From: a virus
Virus record (IMG/VR): IMGVR_UViG_3300025162_000024
Span: 60,319 to 124,318 of that record
Length of the DNA: 64,000 bases
Strand: one strand, 5' to 3'
Made by a program: the position numbers and the translations under genes. Shown in pieces: positions 36,780 through 46,589 of the stretch; the stretch's first letter is position 1, and every line of letters starts with the position of its first letter. The notes beneath the pieces are model-generated. The model worked only from the letters and a program-made list of their open reading frames with translations, was not told the origin of the DNA and did not search any database.

Positions 36780-37775
36780 TCAGTTGATTACAGCCTTCAG
36801 CCCGAGCAGCAAGCTGTCTGCCTGCTCCCGGCTCAGCCCGGCCAACCCCCCTACGAGGTCTTTGTCCAGGGCCATGATGCACTCAGGGTCGAGGATGGCC
36901 GCGGCCTTCCCCAGATGCTCGGCAACCTGCTCCAGATCGAGCTTCGCGCCGTTATTTAGGGTCACTTCGACCTTAGCCCGTTTCGGGACCATCCCAAGCT
37001 CTTCGGGCAGGGCCAGGCCCATCGTGTAATGCTGGTACAGGCCAGTTTCCATATCCAGGTCTTCGACCATCTGGAACATGGCCTGAGCCGCCTGCTTGTT
37101 CCACGAGTCGTCCGAGAGCCCGTTGAACTCATGGGCGACCACCGCGTTCCGGCTCAGGTAGCAGGGGTATCGCTCAGCGATCAGCTGGTTGGGGACAAAT
37201 TCAAGGTCATCGGAGAGCGAGGCACGCTTAGCCCAGTCTTCGACCTGATCGCTTAGGGTCAGACCAAGCTCTTTGGCCTTGAGGAGCAAGGCAGACGCAG
37301 CCTTGGTCCGGTCCGCAAACGGCAGGCGACAGCGGGCATCGTACAGGTCTGAGGCACTCTTGGCCGTGTTCTGCTCGTCGGTGGCCGGGAACATCTTCAG
37401 CTTGCGGCCGCCACTCTCCGTAGTCAGCAAGAACGCGGAGTCGGGGATCACCCCCTGATACCGATCGACGTCGTCAGCGACCTGGGACATAACGCTTCCA
37501 ACTTCTTTATCGATCCCCCAGTAGGCAGCGAACTTCAGGAGGGACCCAGCCACATCCAGCCCCTCCCGGCTATCGTATACGGCGTTCGGAAAGTACTCGA
37601 CAGCCGCCAAGTAGCAGGCAGCCTTGGTATGGCACGGGAACCGTCGGCGACCCGGGTCGGCAAACGACTCGTCGGGCAGCTCTGCAAGCTCCTTGGCCGT
37701 CGAAACAGACGCCTCTTTGATAAACTCGGGGGGTCCGAATCGGTCAACACGGCTGAAAAGGGAGATCGGGTCCAT
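36780..37775 (-). CDS. probable virion/head protein with DUF6582-like motifs
   Basis: LPDESFADPGRRRFPCHTKAA and IPDSAF...KMFP; recurring K-x-A(S/A). Confidence 0.55.
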   Translation of the reverse strand: MDPISLFSRVDRFGPPEFIKEASVSTAKELAELPDESFADPGRRRFPCHTKAACYLAAVEYFPNAVYDSREGLDVAGSLLKFAAYWGIDKEVGSVMSQVADDVDRYQGVIPDSAFLLTTESGGRKLKMFPATDEQNTAKSASDLYDARCRLPFADRTKAASALLLKAKELGLTLSDQVEDWAKRASLSDDLEFVPNQLIAERYPCYLSRNAVVAHEFNGLSDDSWNKQAAQAMFQMVEDLDMETGLYQHYTMGLALPEELGMVPKRAKVEVTLNNGAKLDLEQVAEHLGKAAAILDPECIMALDKDLVGGLAGLSREQADSLLLGLKAVIN

Positions 37776-37795
37776 ACCCGTATTCTACTCAACTT

Positions 37796-40312
37796 ATGGC
37801 TAGCAGTCCGCTCATCTCGAAGTTCGACGCTGGGTTCTCCCTGGTCAGTTCCCAGCAAGCCCTCCGGATCCAGCCGAAGGAGGGCGAACCCGGCCTTTAC
37901 CTCTGTCCTATGTGCAAGAAGCCCGAGCTCCGGGTGTATCCGGTGATGGGTCCATGGTGGCACTGTCACCACTGTCAGAAGGGTGGATGGACTCTAGACA
38001 TGTTCTGTGCCATGCACAAGCTTCCCCTGGATCGGATGACCATCCCAAAGTTCTACGCGTCCACCGGCGGGATGGTACCGGCCACCACCGTAGCCGAAGG
38101 CTTGTACAGAGAGCTGGCCGCTGCCAGACAGATCAGAAATCAGCTTAGGGAAGCCTGGGGCAAATGCCATCGGCTGCGGCAGACTAACCCATCGAGGCTC
38201 CTGGAAGTACAGGAATCCATTGAAATATACGCCCCGGTCGACCCTGGGAGCGGCCCAGGCGCACTCGACGATCTGATGGGGGCCTGGGATCCCTCCACTC
38301 ACGTACATGGACTGCCCGATGTCCCCGGCTGGTTCTCGGGCGGGATGGTCTTCCCCCTGGAACTGGCTCCTGGACTGATCTCTGGATTCCTCGTCTGCTG
38401 CAAACGCAAGGGTTACCTAAGCTGGAAACTGGCGTCAATGACCAAGACGGACGTGGGAGGCATAGGCCTTGGACAACTCCCGGCCATGGCCAAAGATGGG
38501 ATCCTCCTGCTCAATGACCCTATGAGCCTCGTATGCCTAGGCTGGCATTGGGATAAAGACGGTCACGGACCGCTCCCCGCGGTGGCCGCCCCTGTCGTAG
38601 GCCAATACCCAGACCAGGCCGAGGGCTGCTCTGAGCTGATCATTAGCTCGCTGGGCCAGTACCGGACGTGCTCTGCCCTGCCCCCGGATCAAACCTTCTA
38701 CCTGTGTGCAGACCTGCTCCCGACGGCCGTCGTCTGCTCAGAGCTCTCTCAAGGTGAGATCCACGACACCTGTCAGAATATGGGCACAGTCCACATGCTC
38801 AGAGAGTGGCTTAGATCGGCGCGACCCTGGGCATACGTAGCAAGACGCCGGTTGATGAAAGGTTCGCTCTCCGAGGCTGCCCGGTGGATGTACGATGTGA
38901 ACGTCCCTCAAACGTCCAAGATGCTCACTGCCCTCATCCAGGGGGCGACCCCCCAAGAGAGGCTGCGAATTACTCACCTGTTTAGTTCCTCGGACAAGGC
39001 AAGGCCCTTCGTGTACGAGGGAAACCCGTTCATGGAAAAGCCGGGTATGGGCATATTTGAGATCTCCGGTTCCTCCGAGATCCAGGTGTCGAACGTGAGT
39101 TTGGCCCTGGTCCAGGGGGAGGCCGATGGAGACCAGATCAGATGGTCTGGGAAACTGGTTGGACCCGGGTTCCAGATACCGTTCTCGATCCTGGAGCGAG
39201 AACTGCGGAAGAATCCGATGGCCGTCCTCCAATGGCTGATGACCACCGCGGGCTCCTCCGAACGTTTGGAATTGCATAGTAAGTGGCGGACGAGGTTCTT
39301 AGACCTGTGCCTGGCCGCCTACCCGGTGGCCCACGTGGTCCCCGATACCCCCCTGGGCTGGGACGGTCATGTCCTCAGGTTGCCCAGGATGACCATAAGC
39401 CAAGAGAAACAAGAAGACCTTAGCCCGGAGCTCCAAAGGGCGAGCGGCCCATACCGTGATCTGAGAAGCTCTGTGAGCGAGATACCCCCCAATATCCGAG
39501 AGGCATGGGCCGCCCACCCTGCGTCCATCCACTTGCTGATCTGCGGGTTGTACCCGCTATACACAGCTATACACGGACAAAGGGCGGGGACCGTGGTCTG
39601 CGTGGGCCAAGAGGCGGGCGAAGTTGATCTACAGCTTCAGCAGCTTGCCGAGTGGCTGAACCTGCCGGGGGCCCGCCCCGGCGACGGACGGCTAGGCCGG
39701 GACCTTGCCGATCGCGTACGAGGATACAAACACGCTGCCTGGCACGTTCTGAGGCTCGCAGAGCCCTGGGACGGTGCAGGGCTACAAGATCTCTTGGAGG
39801 GCGGGCTTGGCTCTGTCCTCTCCCCCGCAACCCCCCTGCAATCACTGTCAGCCGTAGCCCACGGATGCCCCGTACTCCGCCTGAACGGGGAGATCCAGGC
39901 CCTGGACTCGCTGAACACGTATCTACCCGCGATGGCCCAGGACCTGCTCTCGTTCGAGCCTGGATTGGCCCTGCACCAGCTTATGCTCCGGATGTGCAAC
40001 TCATTCTCGATCAGGCTCCCACGGGGGCTGCCCCCGGCACCCACCCCGATCGACAATCTACTGACGGCATTGGCCGGTCTCGGGGAGATGGGCCAGGAGA
40101 AGGCGGTGGCCACCGTCCTCAGCCGCGAACCGGGGAAGGATCAGATCAATCTAGCAGTGGACAAAATAGCCTGGCTGGACAAGACACACTTCAGGTGCCC
40201 GTCCGTCTCCAGCATAGCCCAGTGCGGATACCCCGTGGAAGGCTCCAGCCTGGTCATTCCCCTTCCGGCCTGGCAGGAGGCAGTGGCCAGGGCGAAGTCG
40301 GTCTATCCCTGA
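37796..40312 (+). CDS. large primase-like protein (N-terminal zinc ribbon, degenerate catalytic core)
   Basis: CPMC...WHCHHC..GG; MVFPLE..PG.ISGF; 838-aa open frame. Confidence 0.6.
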   Translation: MASSPLISKFDAGFSLVSSQQALRIQPKEGEPGLYLCPMCKKPELRVYPVMGPWWHCHHCQKGGWTLDMFCAMHKLPLDRMTIPKFYASTGGMVPATTVAEGLYRELAAARQIRNQLREAWGKCHRLRQTNPSRLLEVQESIEIYAPVDPGSGPGALDDLMGAWDPSTHVHGLPDVPGWFSGGMVFPLELAPGLISGFLVCCKRKGYLSWKLASMTKTDVGGIGLGQLPAMAKDGILLLNDPMSLVCLGWHWDKDGHGPLPAVAAPVVGQYPDQAEGCSELIISSLGQYRTCSALPPDQTFYLCADLLPTAVVCSELSQGEIHDTCQNMGTVHMLREWLRSARPWAYVARRRLMKGSLSEAARWMYDVNVPQTSKMLTALIQGATPQERLRITHLFSSSDKARPFVYEGNPFMEKPGMGIFEISGSSEIQVSNVSLALVQGEADGDQIRWSGKLVGPGFQIPFSILERELRKNPMAVLQWLMTTAGSSERLELHSKWRTRFLDLCLAAYPVAHVVPDTPLGWDGHVLRLPRMTISQEKQEDLSPELQRASGPYRDLRSSVSEIPPNIREAWAAHPASIHLLICGLYPLYTAIHGQRAGTVVCVGQEAGEVDLQLQQLAEWLNLPGARPGDGRLGRDLADRVRGYKHAAWHVLRLAEPWDGAGLQDLLEGGLGSVLSPATPLQSLSAVAHGCPVLRLNGEIQALDSLNTYLPAMAQDLLSFEPGLALHQLMLRMCNSFSIRLPRGLPPAPTPIDNLLTALAGLGEMGQEKAVATVLSREPGKDQINLAVDKIAWLDKTHFRCPSVSSIAQCGYPVEGSSLVIPLPAWQEAVARAKSVYP

Positions 40313-40461
40313 TCGCGGTTAATCGTGATCACCTGATCAAGTCTCACACACAGAGCGGTGAGCTCTGCGATGGTCTCCTGGTCGATCTCTTCTATCTCCG
40401 CGATCGTCAGTTCTTCAAGAGCCTCTTGAAGACCTACTGCATAATGCATGAAATCAGCCAT
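40303..40461 (-). CDS. 52-aa acidic protein
   Basis: AAAGGAGAGG SD; MADFMHYAVGLQEALEELTIAEIEEIDQETIAEL... Confidence 0.6.
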   Translation of the reverse strand: MADFMHYAVGLQEALEELTIAEIEEIDQETIAELTALCVRLDQVITINRDQG

Positions 40462-40472
40462 GTACCTCTCCT

Positions 40473-41162
40473 TTAACCGGATCTTTCACCGGTCATTAAC
40501 TTTGTCAATCGCTTCTTGATCTCTTCTCCTCCCCCGCCATGCTCCAGCGGAAGGCGTACAATCCGCTCAAAGAGCTCTTTCGTCCGCTTCGCCACCAATA
40601 GATCGATCTCGCCCGCTTCCCGGGCACATGCTGAGTGGAACGAGGCCAAGGCCTCTGGGTTCTCCGCTGAGGCCCCTGAGAACGGCTGGTCATGCTGTGG
40701 ATAGTCCGCCCACGTCAAGCTCTTGGGCGGCACGTGAATCCCTTGCCAGGCGAGGATGGTACCCACGTACCGGCAGACCTCCGGGCTAAACAACCCTTCT
40801 GGCATATCCCCTGCCCGTAGCAGCTGGATCTGGGCTGAGCCCCAGGCGATGACCTCGGTATCGATCGGTTCTAGGTTCTCGGCGACCCCGCCGTCCAACC
40901 CGACTATGACCCGGATGAAATCGTCGACCTGGGAAAAGATCTTGTCCGAGGTCAAGACGACCGAGGCGGCCATGATCTTGTTGACGACCTCCTCGGGCAG
41001 CTCCTGGCCAACGTAATCCCTGAGATCCATCTGGACGGTGCTCGGAGTCCAGTTCAAGCACTCTACGCCGAGCTTGTCCACGGTCAGCACGAGGAGGACC
41101 ACGGCGTCCTCTGCCGGATTGACCAGAACATCCCGTGTCTGCCGTTGCATAGTGGTTAGCAT
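40473..41162 (-). CDS. hypothetical protein (possibly virion/late)
   Basis: 229-aa ORF; shares the AGTAGAATA-N5-ATG upstream motif with 37775. Confidence 0.75.
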   Translation of the reverse strand: MLTTMQRQTRDVLVNPAEDAVVLLVLTVDKLGVECLNWTPSTVQMDLRDYVGQELPEEVVNKIMAASVVLTSDKIFSQVDDFIRVIVGLDGGVAENLEPIDTEVIAWGSAQIQLLRAGDMPEGLFSPEVCRYVGTILAWQGIHVPPKSLTWADYPQHDQPFSGASAENPEALASFHSACAREAGEIDLLVAKRTKELFERIVRLPLEHGGGGEEIKKRLTKLMTGERSG

Positions 41163-41166
41163 GCTC

Positions 41167-41478
41167 TTATTCTACTTCCTTAGACAGAAACACCATACGG
41201 CCCACAGGCTTCTCCAGCAGGTCGTGACCCCTCCGGCTGTCTTTCACGGGCAGGGCCGGATCCAGATGGAACACTTTATCCAGCCCTGCGTCGGCCACTG
41301 CCTTCTTGGCCTGGTTCAAATGGGATGGCCGCAGGCCCCGGACAGAGACAGACACTTCGAGGCCGGCCGGCTCCGATCTGGGGCGGACCCGGACGGGTGC
41401 CGAGCGATCGATGGGGATCCCCGCCTGGATCAAAATCTGTTTGAGACGATCGACATTCTTGTTACTTTGCCCCTTCAA
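41167..41478 (-). CDS. hypothetical protein
   Basis: GAGGTG SD before TTG. Confidence 0.6.
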   Translation of the reverse strand: MKGQSNKNVDRLKQILIQAGIPIDRSAPVRVRPRSEPAGLEVSVSVRGLRPSHLNQAKKAVADAGLDKVFHLDPALPVKDSRRGHDLLEKPVGRMVFLSKEVE

Positions 41479-42625
41479 CTTTCACCTCATTCTTCTTGAT
41501 ACTAGGATCGATCGGGAACAACACGTCCAACGCCTCCTGGAGCAGCCGACGTTCTCTGGCATACTTCCGGGGGAGCTTGAGCGGACCAGACGAGTTCCGG
41601 TAGGCTTCAGGGCTCCTGAATGTCCGGCGACCCCGGGCCTTCCGGACCAGTTCCATGTACTTCTTCAACACCCTAGCGAACTTCTGCAGCTCTCGGCGGA
41701 CTCTACCAGGGTTATCCGTGATCTCCTGGAACAGTTCACACGTCTTTTTCAGATACTCACAGATCCGGTCATACCCGTGGATATCGACCAGCACACTCTC
41801 CAGAGATGTCCGAGGGGTCCACGCAATTGCATCCAACCGTGGTCTACGCTTAAGGCTGAGGGCACCGGAATACAGCTGGCGTATAGCTTTCTTAATCCCA
41901 GCTTTGTCCACGAGCGTCGCCTGGGGCGTCTGACCGTTTTCACCCTTCTCTCGCCGTTCGTCCTGCTTTTTGAGAGTCTTTAGCTGTTTCTCGGACAGCT
42001 CAGACTCGGTCACGATCTTCCCAGTAGCGTGGCAGAAGACGAAGCCCGGGATATCCTGCCTTGCACTGTAATCTCCGCTGATCCGGGCATATAGCCTAGA
42101 GTAGGCTGCAGTATGGTTGTACACCCTAAGCCAATCAATCTTGTGCGAATACTTCCGTCTCAGCTCATCGATAGCCACACCGTCCGCGGCCGCGGTTGCC
42201 ACCATCCTCAAGGCTTCCTCGGTAGACTGTGGAGCTACACACGTTCGCAGCGTGGGGCTGGACAGGAGCTGGACGACGCAGGGCTGGCCATTATCGTACC
42301 CACCCTCTTTCGCTTTGAGATAGGAGTTCTCGAATCCTGTGAGGTAATGGTAGTATGAGTGCCGCCAGTCACAGCTGGTGAGGATCTGGCTGGCGTGGTT
42401 TCGGTCCAGCTTCTGGCTCAGATCGTCCAGGTTCCGGGCGAATACCAGATCATCGGGGGACTCAGCCTGCTCCATGAGCTTGATACGAGATGCTGTGTCC
42501 TTGGGCCGGAACAGCAGGTATACGCTCTCTCCTTTCCCCTTCAGATGCTTGGGTCGCAGTGCTATAAGACTGTCTGACCTTGCCAGAGACTCAGAGGTCT
42601 CCTCAAGTCCGGTCACTGTCGTCAT
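41462..42625 (-). CDS. hypothetical protein, basic C-terminus
   Basis: AAGGAG SD; 387 aa. Confidence 0.75.
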   Translation of the reverse strand: MTTVTGLEETSESLARSDSLIALRPKHLKGKGESVYLLFRPKDTASRIKLMEQAESPDDLVFARNLDDLSQKLDRNHASQILTSCDWRHSYYHYLTGFENSYLKAKEGGYDNGQPCVVQLLSSPTLRTCVAPQSTEEALRMVATAAADGVAIDELRRKYSHKIDWLRVYNHTAAYSRLYARISGDYSARQDIPGFVFCHATGKIVTESELSEKQLKTLKKQDERREKGENGQTPQATLVDKAGIKKAIRQLYSGALSLKRRPRLDAIAWTPRTSLESVLVDIHGYDRICEYLKKTCELFQEITDNPGRVRRELQKFARVLKKYMELVRKARGRRTFRSPEAYRNSSGPLKLPRKYARERRLLQEALDVLFPIDPSIKKNEVKVEGAK

Positions 42626-42637
42626 CTACGCTCCTTC

Positions 42638-42674
42638 AAAAAGAAGAAGGCCCCAGGTTTCCCTGGGACCTTCT
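42638..42674 (-). terminator. rho-independent terminator
   Basis: AGAAGGTCCCAGG-GAAA-CCTGGGGCCTTCT then TCTTTT. Confidence 0.7.
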
Positions 42675-42711
42675 AACTGCTTCGCAGAGGTCATTGCCAC
42701 GCCGTGCCTGG

Positions 42712-43404
42712 TTAGACCGCTGGCGGATCGGAAGACGGCTTCTGCTGGCCTGCGACGGACGTCAGGCTCTGGCCAATGTCCTGCAGAAGCTTTCCTGACT
42801 CTTCCAGAGAATGCTTGACCTCAGTGGCCTTCTCGGGGGCCGCCCCCTTCATCTGCTTGTCCATCTCGGTCAAGAGCCTGGAGATGGTCACGAGTGACTC
42901 GTGGATCTTATCAGCGATGTCCGAGGGGCCGGGGACCACCACTTCCTTACGGAGGCCGGGGACCCGCTCGAGCAGGACCTTCTTGACATCGGCCTGGGCC
43001 AGCTTGCCCTCTGCCGCCTCTTTGATCAGATCGGCTGCCACATCGTCTGGCACCTGCTTACCAGTCAGCTGCAGGATCTGCCGGATGGACCAGCCCTTTT
43101 CGGCCAGCGGCTTGATCTGCGGTTCGTCGACCGCCGCGTGGACCCGGGCGTAGGCGTACAGCGAGTTGGTGCTCACCTTCAACCCGTGGATCTTCTTGAG
43201 GTCAGCTGACAGCTTGGCCACACTCTTCGCCCCGTACTTCTTCGGCTGGACCTGCAGGTCCCGGACGATCCCGCCCAGCTCATGAAACTCAGCGAGACCC
43301 GAGCTCTCCGCTTTCTTCAGCAGAGTACTCACATTGCCGACGAGCTTGCCATACTCAACCTGTGACTCGTTCTTTGCCACAGGCTTATTTGCACCTTTTG
43401 CCAT
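42712..43404 (-). CDS. DUF1016/YhcG N-terminal-like DNA-binding protein
   Basis: FHELG.IV...KYGAKSVAKLSADL....GLKVSTNSLY. Confidence 0.6.
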   Translation of the reverse strand: MAKGANKPVAKNESQVEYGKLVGNVSTLLKKAESSGLAEFHELGGIVRDLQVQPKKYGAKSVAKLSADLKKIHGLKVSTNSLYAYARVHAAVDEPQIKPLAEKGWSIRQILQLTGKQVPDDVAADLIKEAAEGKLAQADVKKVLLERVPGLRKEVVVPGPSDIADKIHESLVTISRLLTEMDKQMKGAAPEKATEVKHSLEESGKLLQDIGQSLTSVAGQQKPSSDPPAV

Positions 43405-43408
43405 ACTG

Positions 43409-43909
43409 TCATTCCTGGAATAAAGTTATCTTTGAGGCGGCCACAGCCTTATAGAAGTCGGCCAGTCGCTGAACAATCAGCACCCGGGATCCGCCTTCGA
43501 CCTCGATCCTAAAGTGTACAGGGCCGTGATTGAATATGCCGTTTGGGGCGTTATGGATCAGCAGGTCTTCAACCGCATCCCCCATTCTATCGAAGGCCAG
43601 ACCTACAAACCGGTTGCTTTCCGCCCAGTTCTGGCATACTTCTTCGTACACGGACCAGAACTCGCACCGGGATGACGGCCCTTTGAACAGTTGGGAGATC
43701 GTTACGTCCCCCCGGAGCTTCCTCCCCTCCAGGGACATCGGGAAGCTCGGGTAGTTCTCCGAGAACCAGTGAAGCCCGAACTCAGGGCCGGCCGCACGGG
43801 CCAGCCCTGAGATCTGATTGAATGTCAGGCCCAGAGCCTTGAGCAGGTCGCGGAGGACCTTGACCTCGTAGTTACTCTGTTTCTGCGACGACCACTTCGC
43901 CAGGTCCAT
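43409..43909 (-). CDS. hypothetical protein
   Basis: GAGGAG SD before MDLAKW. Confidence 0.65.
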   Translation of the reverse strand: MDLAKWSSQKQSNYEVKVLRDLLKALGLTFNQISGLARAAGPEFGLHWFSENYPSFPMSLEGRKLRGDVTISQLFKGPSSRCEFWSVYEEVCQNWAESNRFVGLAFDRMGDAVEDLLIHNAPNGIFNHGPVHFRIEVEGGSRVLIVQRLADFYKAVAASKITLFQE

Positions 43910-45281
43910 CAGTGATCTCCTCTGGCTTCTTCTCAGGCTTGGCCTTGCCCTTCTTCGGCTTTGTCTCTTCCTCGGGCTCCCCGGGTGTCCACCTGTACTC
44001 AGGGGTCCACCGTGGGTACATGTATAAGCCCAACGCCTTCTGAAGCTCAGCGCGAACCACCGGATCAGCCTGTATTTTCCGGCCAAGTTCTTGGGCGGTC
44101 AACTTCTGCTTATCCTTCGGATCGCACGAGACTCCGACCCGCTCGCAGCCATACTTGCCCTCGGTCATCTCGACGATCTCCAGGACACTCCTGATGTCGT
44201 AGGCATCGTCCGCCTGCAGATTGAGCAGCAGTTTGACCAAGGTAGTATCCCAATCGAAGTAGGACACTTTGTCATCGCCATGCCCTTCCTCGACATAGGT
44301 AATGGGCAGCTTCCGGCGGCAGGTGCCGTACGAGGAGTGCTTCAGCTCCCAGTAAAGGGTCAGTATCTCTCTGTTACCCTTTTTCTCCCGGCTCGGGGGA
44401 CTCACTCGAATGTCCAGAGCACAGTGGAAACCAATGGCGTCCCCGCCCACCACACGGGTCTTTGGCGGGCCAAACGAAGGCATCGACCCCGTCTTGATCT
44501 CTACTTTCTCATGGTTGGTCAGGCAGATGATCAGGGGTAGGCCCGTCAACCGGCTGGCATTAGAGGCGAGAAACGTTGAGAGCAGAAGTGGCCGGTCCTG
44601 ATGGGCACGGCCAACAGAGCCCTCGGCATCGACCTTCTCGTTCATCTCCCCGGTCTGAGCCCCGGCCACCGAATCGATCCCCAAGAAGATCGGACAGGGA
44701 GCGTCTGGCAGCTCACTGGCCTTGGCGGAGACCGCCGCGTTATAGACCAGGATCCCCTTGTGGATAGCCATTCGTAGGCTACCCGCGTTTTTCATCCATT
44801 CTTCGACCTGCTGGCAGGGCAGCTGGTTCAGGAGAGGTGCCCGCTTCCCCAGCATGTTATAGACCTTGCCCGAGGAGTACTTGCCCTCGGTGGTCATGAT
44901 CATGGCCGACCCCTGGATGTTCGGGGCTGTATCTGGGAGCTCCGGAGGACGGGGCATAAACCAGCTGGCCAGTTCGATGAGTGCCGAGCTCTTATAGCTC
45001 TTCAGGGGCCCAGCCAGCTGCATAAAGATCTGTAGGGGGAGGACACTGCACTCGATGAACCACTGGAAGGCCAAGGAGTAGGGCTCGATCCCCACGGTAC
45101 GGGCCCTGACCTCTTCTGCCGTCAAGATCTCTGTGCCCTTGAACCGCTTGCTTACCGATTTGATCAGGTTCGACATGAACCCTTTGCTCGCGGCGATCCC
45201 CTCTTCGTACGAGGCACCGGCCGAGACCTGCGTAGGATCGAGGCTCACATCGGCCTCTGATAATTCCTTCTTCTTCGCCAT
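43872..45281 (-). CDS. RecA/UvsX-like recombinase (divergent)
   Basis: QLAGPLKSYKS (Walker A variant), TTEGK, LGIDSVAG, IICLTNH, GGDAIGFH. Confidence 0.8.
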   Translation of the reverse strand: MAKKKELSEADVSLDPTQVSAGASYEEGIAASKGFMSNLIKSVSKRFKGTEILTAEEVRARTVGIEPYSLAFQWFIECSVLPLQIFMQLAGPLKSYKSSALIELASWFMPRPPELPDTAPNIQGSAMIMTTEGKYSSGKVYNMLGKRAPLLNQLPCQQVEEWMKNAGSLRMAIHKGILVYNAAVSAKASELPDAPCPIFLGIDSVAGAQTGEMNEKVDAEGSVGRAHQDRPLLLSTFLASNASRLTGLPLIICLTNHEKVEIKTGSMPSFGPPKTRVVGGDAIGFHCALDIRVSPPSREKKGNREILTLYWELKHSSYGTCRRKLPITYVEEGHGDDKVSYFDWDTTLVKLLLNLQADDAYDIRSVLEIVEMTEGKYGCERVGVSCDPKDKQKLTAQELGRKIQADPVVRAELQKALGLYMYPRWTPEYRWTPGEPEEETKPKKGKAKPEKKPEEITDGPGEVVVAETE

Positions 45282-45305
45282 TCAGTAACTCCGTAGATAG
45301 TTGTT

Positions 45306-45341
45306 CAAACAAGCGGGAGGGCCGCCCATGGCCCTCCCGCT
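45306..45341 (-). terminator. rho-independent terminator
   Basis: 12-bp stem AGCGGGAGGGCC/GGCCCTCCCGCT then TGTTT. Confidence 0.7.
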
Positions 45342-45365
45342 CGGAACACCACACAATACACTAGA

Positions 45366-46589
45366 CTAGGCAGCAGCCGACGGGGCTGAGATCGCCCCGC
45401 GGATCCGGGCCATTACCGAGTCGACCTTCGCCTTATCCGTTGCCGGAGGGGTCGGGGTCGGCAGGGGTGCCGCTACCTGGGGGGCTGTAGGCCCCTGCGG
45501 AGCCTGGGGCACCGAGATCTTGGGCTCTGCCGGAAGATCCGAATCCTCGAAATGGAACGGATCGGGGGACCCACCGAACGGATCAGAGTTCTGACCCTGG
45601 GGTGTCCCTGCCGTTTCCTGGACCTCACCGAGGTTCTCCTGCTTGCCCGCCTCGGGTTGGGCCAGAGACGCCCCGATCTTCGTCGACTTCACATACGCCG
45701 GAAGCATCTGACCGAATCGGGAGTCGGCCAGACCAAACCGCATCCAGACAGCCGGATAGATCTCACACAGCTGTTCGATGAGCTCCTGTGAGGACATCCG
45801 GTTGATCGCATTCTCCCAGGGCTCCCAGCACCGGGCGATGATCTTGTCGGGGAGGGGCACGGTCTTCATGAACTTGACCGTGTACTTCTTCGCCTGCATC
45901 TGGCCCTGGCCGCCGCTGAACACGTCAGAAACGTCCCCAAGGTCGCCCCCGCCATCGACGTCCTCTGCGAACTTCTCGAAGAGCACGGTGCCCCCGATCT
46001 TCGCGTCGAACACGTCGGGATGGGCATACTTCGACCGCCAATCCTCGGGCGGGAACGGGGACTTATCGTCCGGGGCCCGAACCGTGAACATCAGCTCTTT
46101 GAGCCCGAGTCGGGCGGTTTTCGGGAGCATGAAGTGCACGTCTCGCGGCGTTTGCATCTTCTTGTCCTTGTAATAGACAAGGATGCCCTGAGCTATCACC
46201 CCGCCTGCAGCTTTCGGGAGCTTCGAGTACCGTTCGCCCTTCTTCAGCTGGTTCTTGAACTGATCGTCCTGCTTGGCGGCCGCCGTCAGCTTGGAGAACA
46301 GAAGATCATACGGACTGATCTTCGAGTCGTTGACATTGGCAAGGAACGATCGTTCCGTGGTGTGCCCGGCGAGCTTCACATAGTCGGGAACCGCGTAGAA
46401 CGTCTGGGGGTGCCAATCGGTCTCCGACTCGCGGACGACCTGGACCTTACCGTCGACGACCGGGGGGACAAACCGGATTACTGCCCGGCCATCCCAGCAG
46501 GGGGCCCACATCCCCTTAGAACCTTTCAGAACCAGATCGTTGCTAGACTGGCGATTCGCTTCGCCCTGACCAAAAATATCCATTCCCAT
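45366..46589 (-). CDS. putative single-stranded DNA-binding protein
   Basis: lies between the polymerase and RecA-like genes; VIRFVPP motif reminiscent of gp32-type SSBs; low-complexity tail. Confidence 0.5.
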   Translation of the reverse strand: MGMDIFGQGEANRQSSNDLVLKGSKGMWAPCWDGRAVIRFVPPVVDGKVQVVRESETDWHPQTFYAVPDYVKLAGHTTERSFLANVNDSKISPYDLLFSKLTAAAKQDDQFKNQLKKGERYSKLPKAAGGVIAQGILVYYKDKKMQTPRDVHFMLPKTARLGLKELMFTVRAPDDKSPFPPEDWRSKYAHPDVFDAKIGGTVLFEKFAEDVDGGGDLGDVSDVFSGGQGQMQAKKYTVKFMKTVPLPDKIIARCWEPWENAINRMSSQELIEQLCEIYPAVWMRFGLADSRFGQMLPAYVKSTKIGASLAQPEAGKQENLGEVQETAGTPQGQNSDPFGGSPDPFHFEDSDLPAEPKISVPQAPQGPTAPQVAAPLPTPTPPATDKAKVDSVMARIRGAISAPSAAA

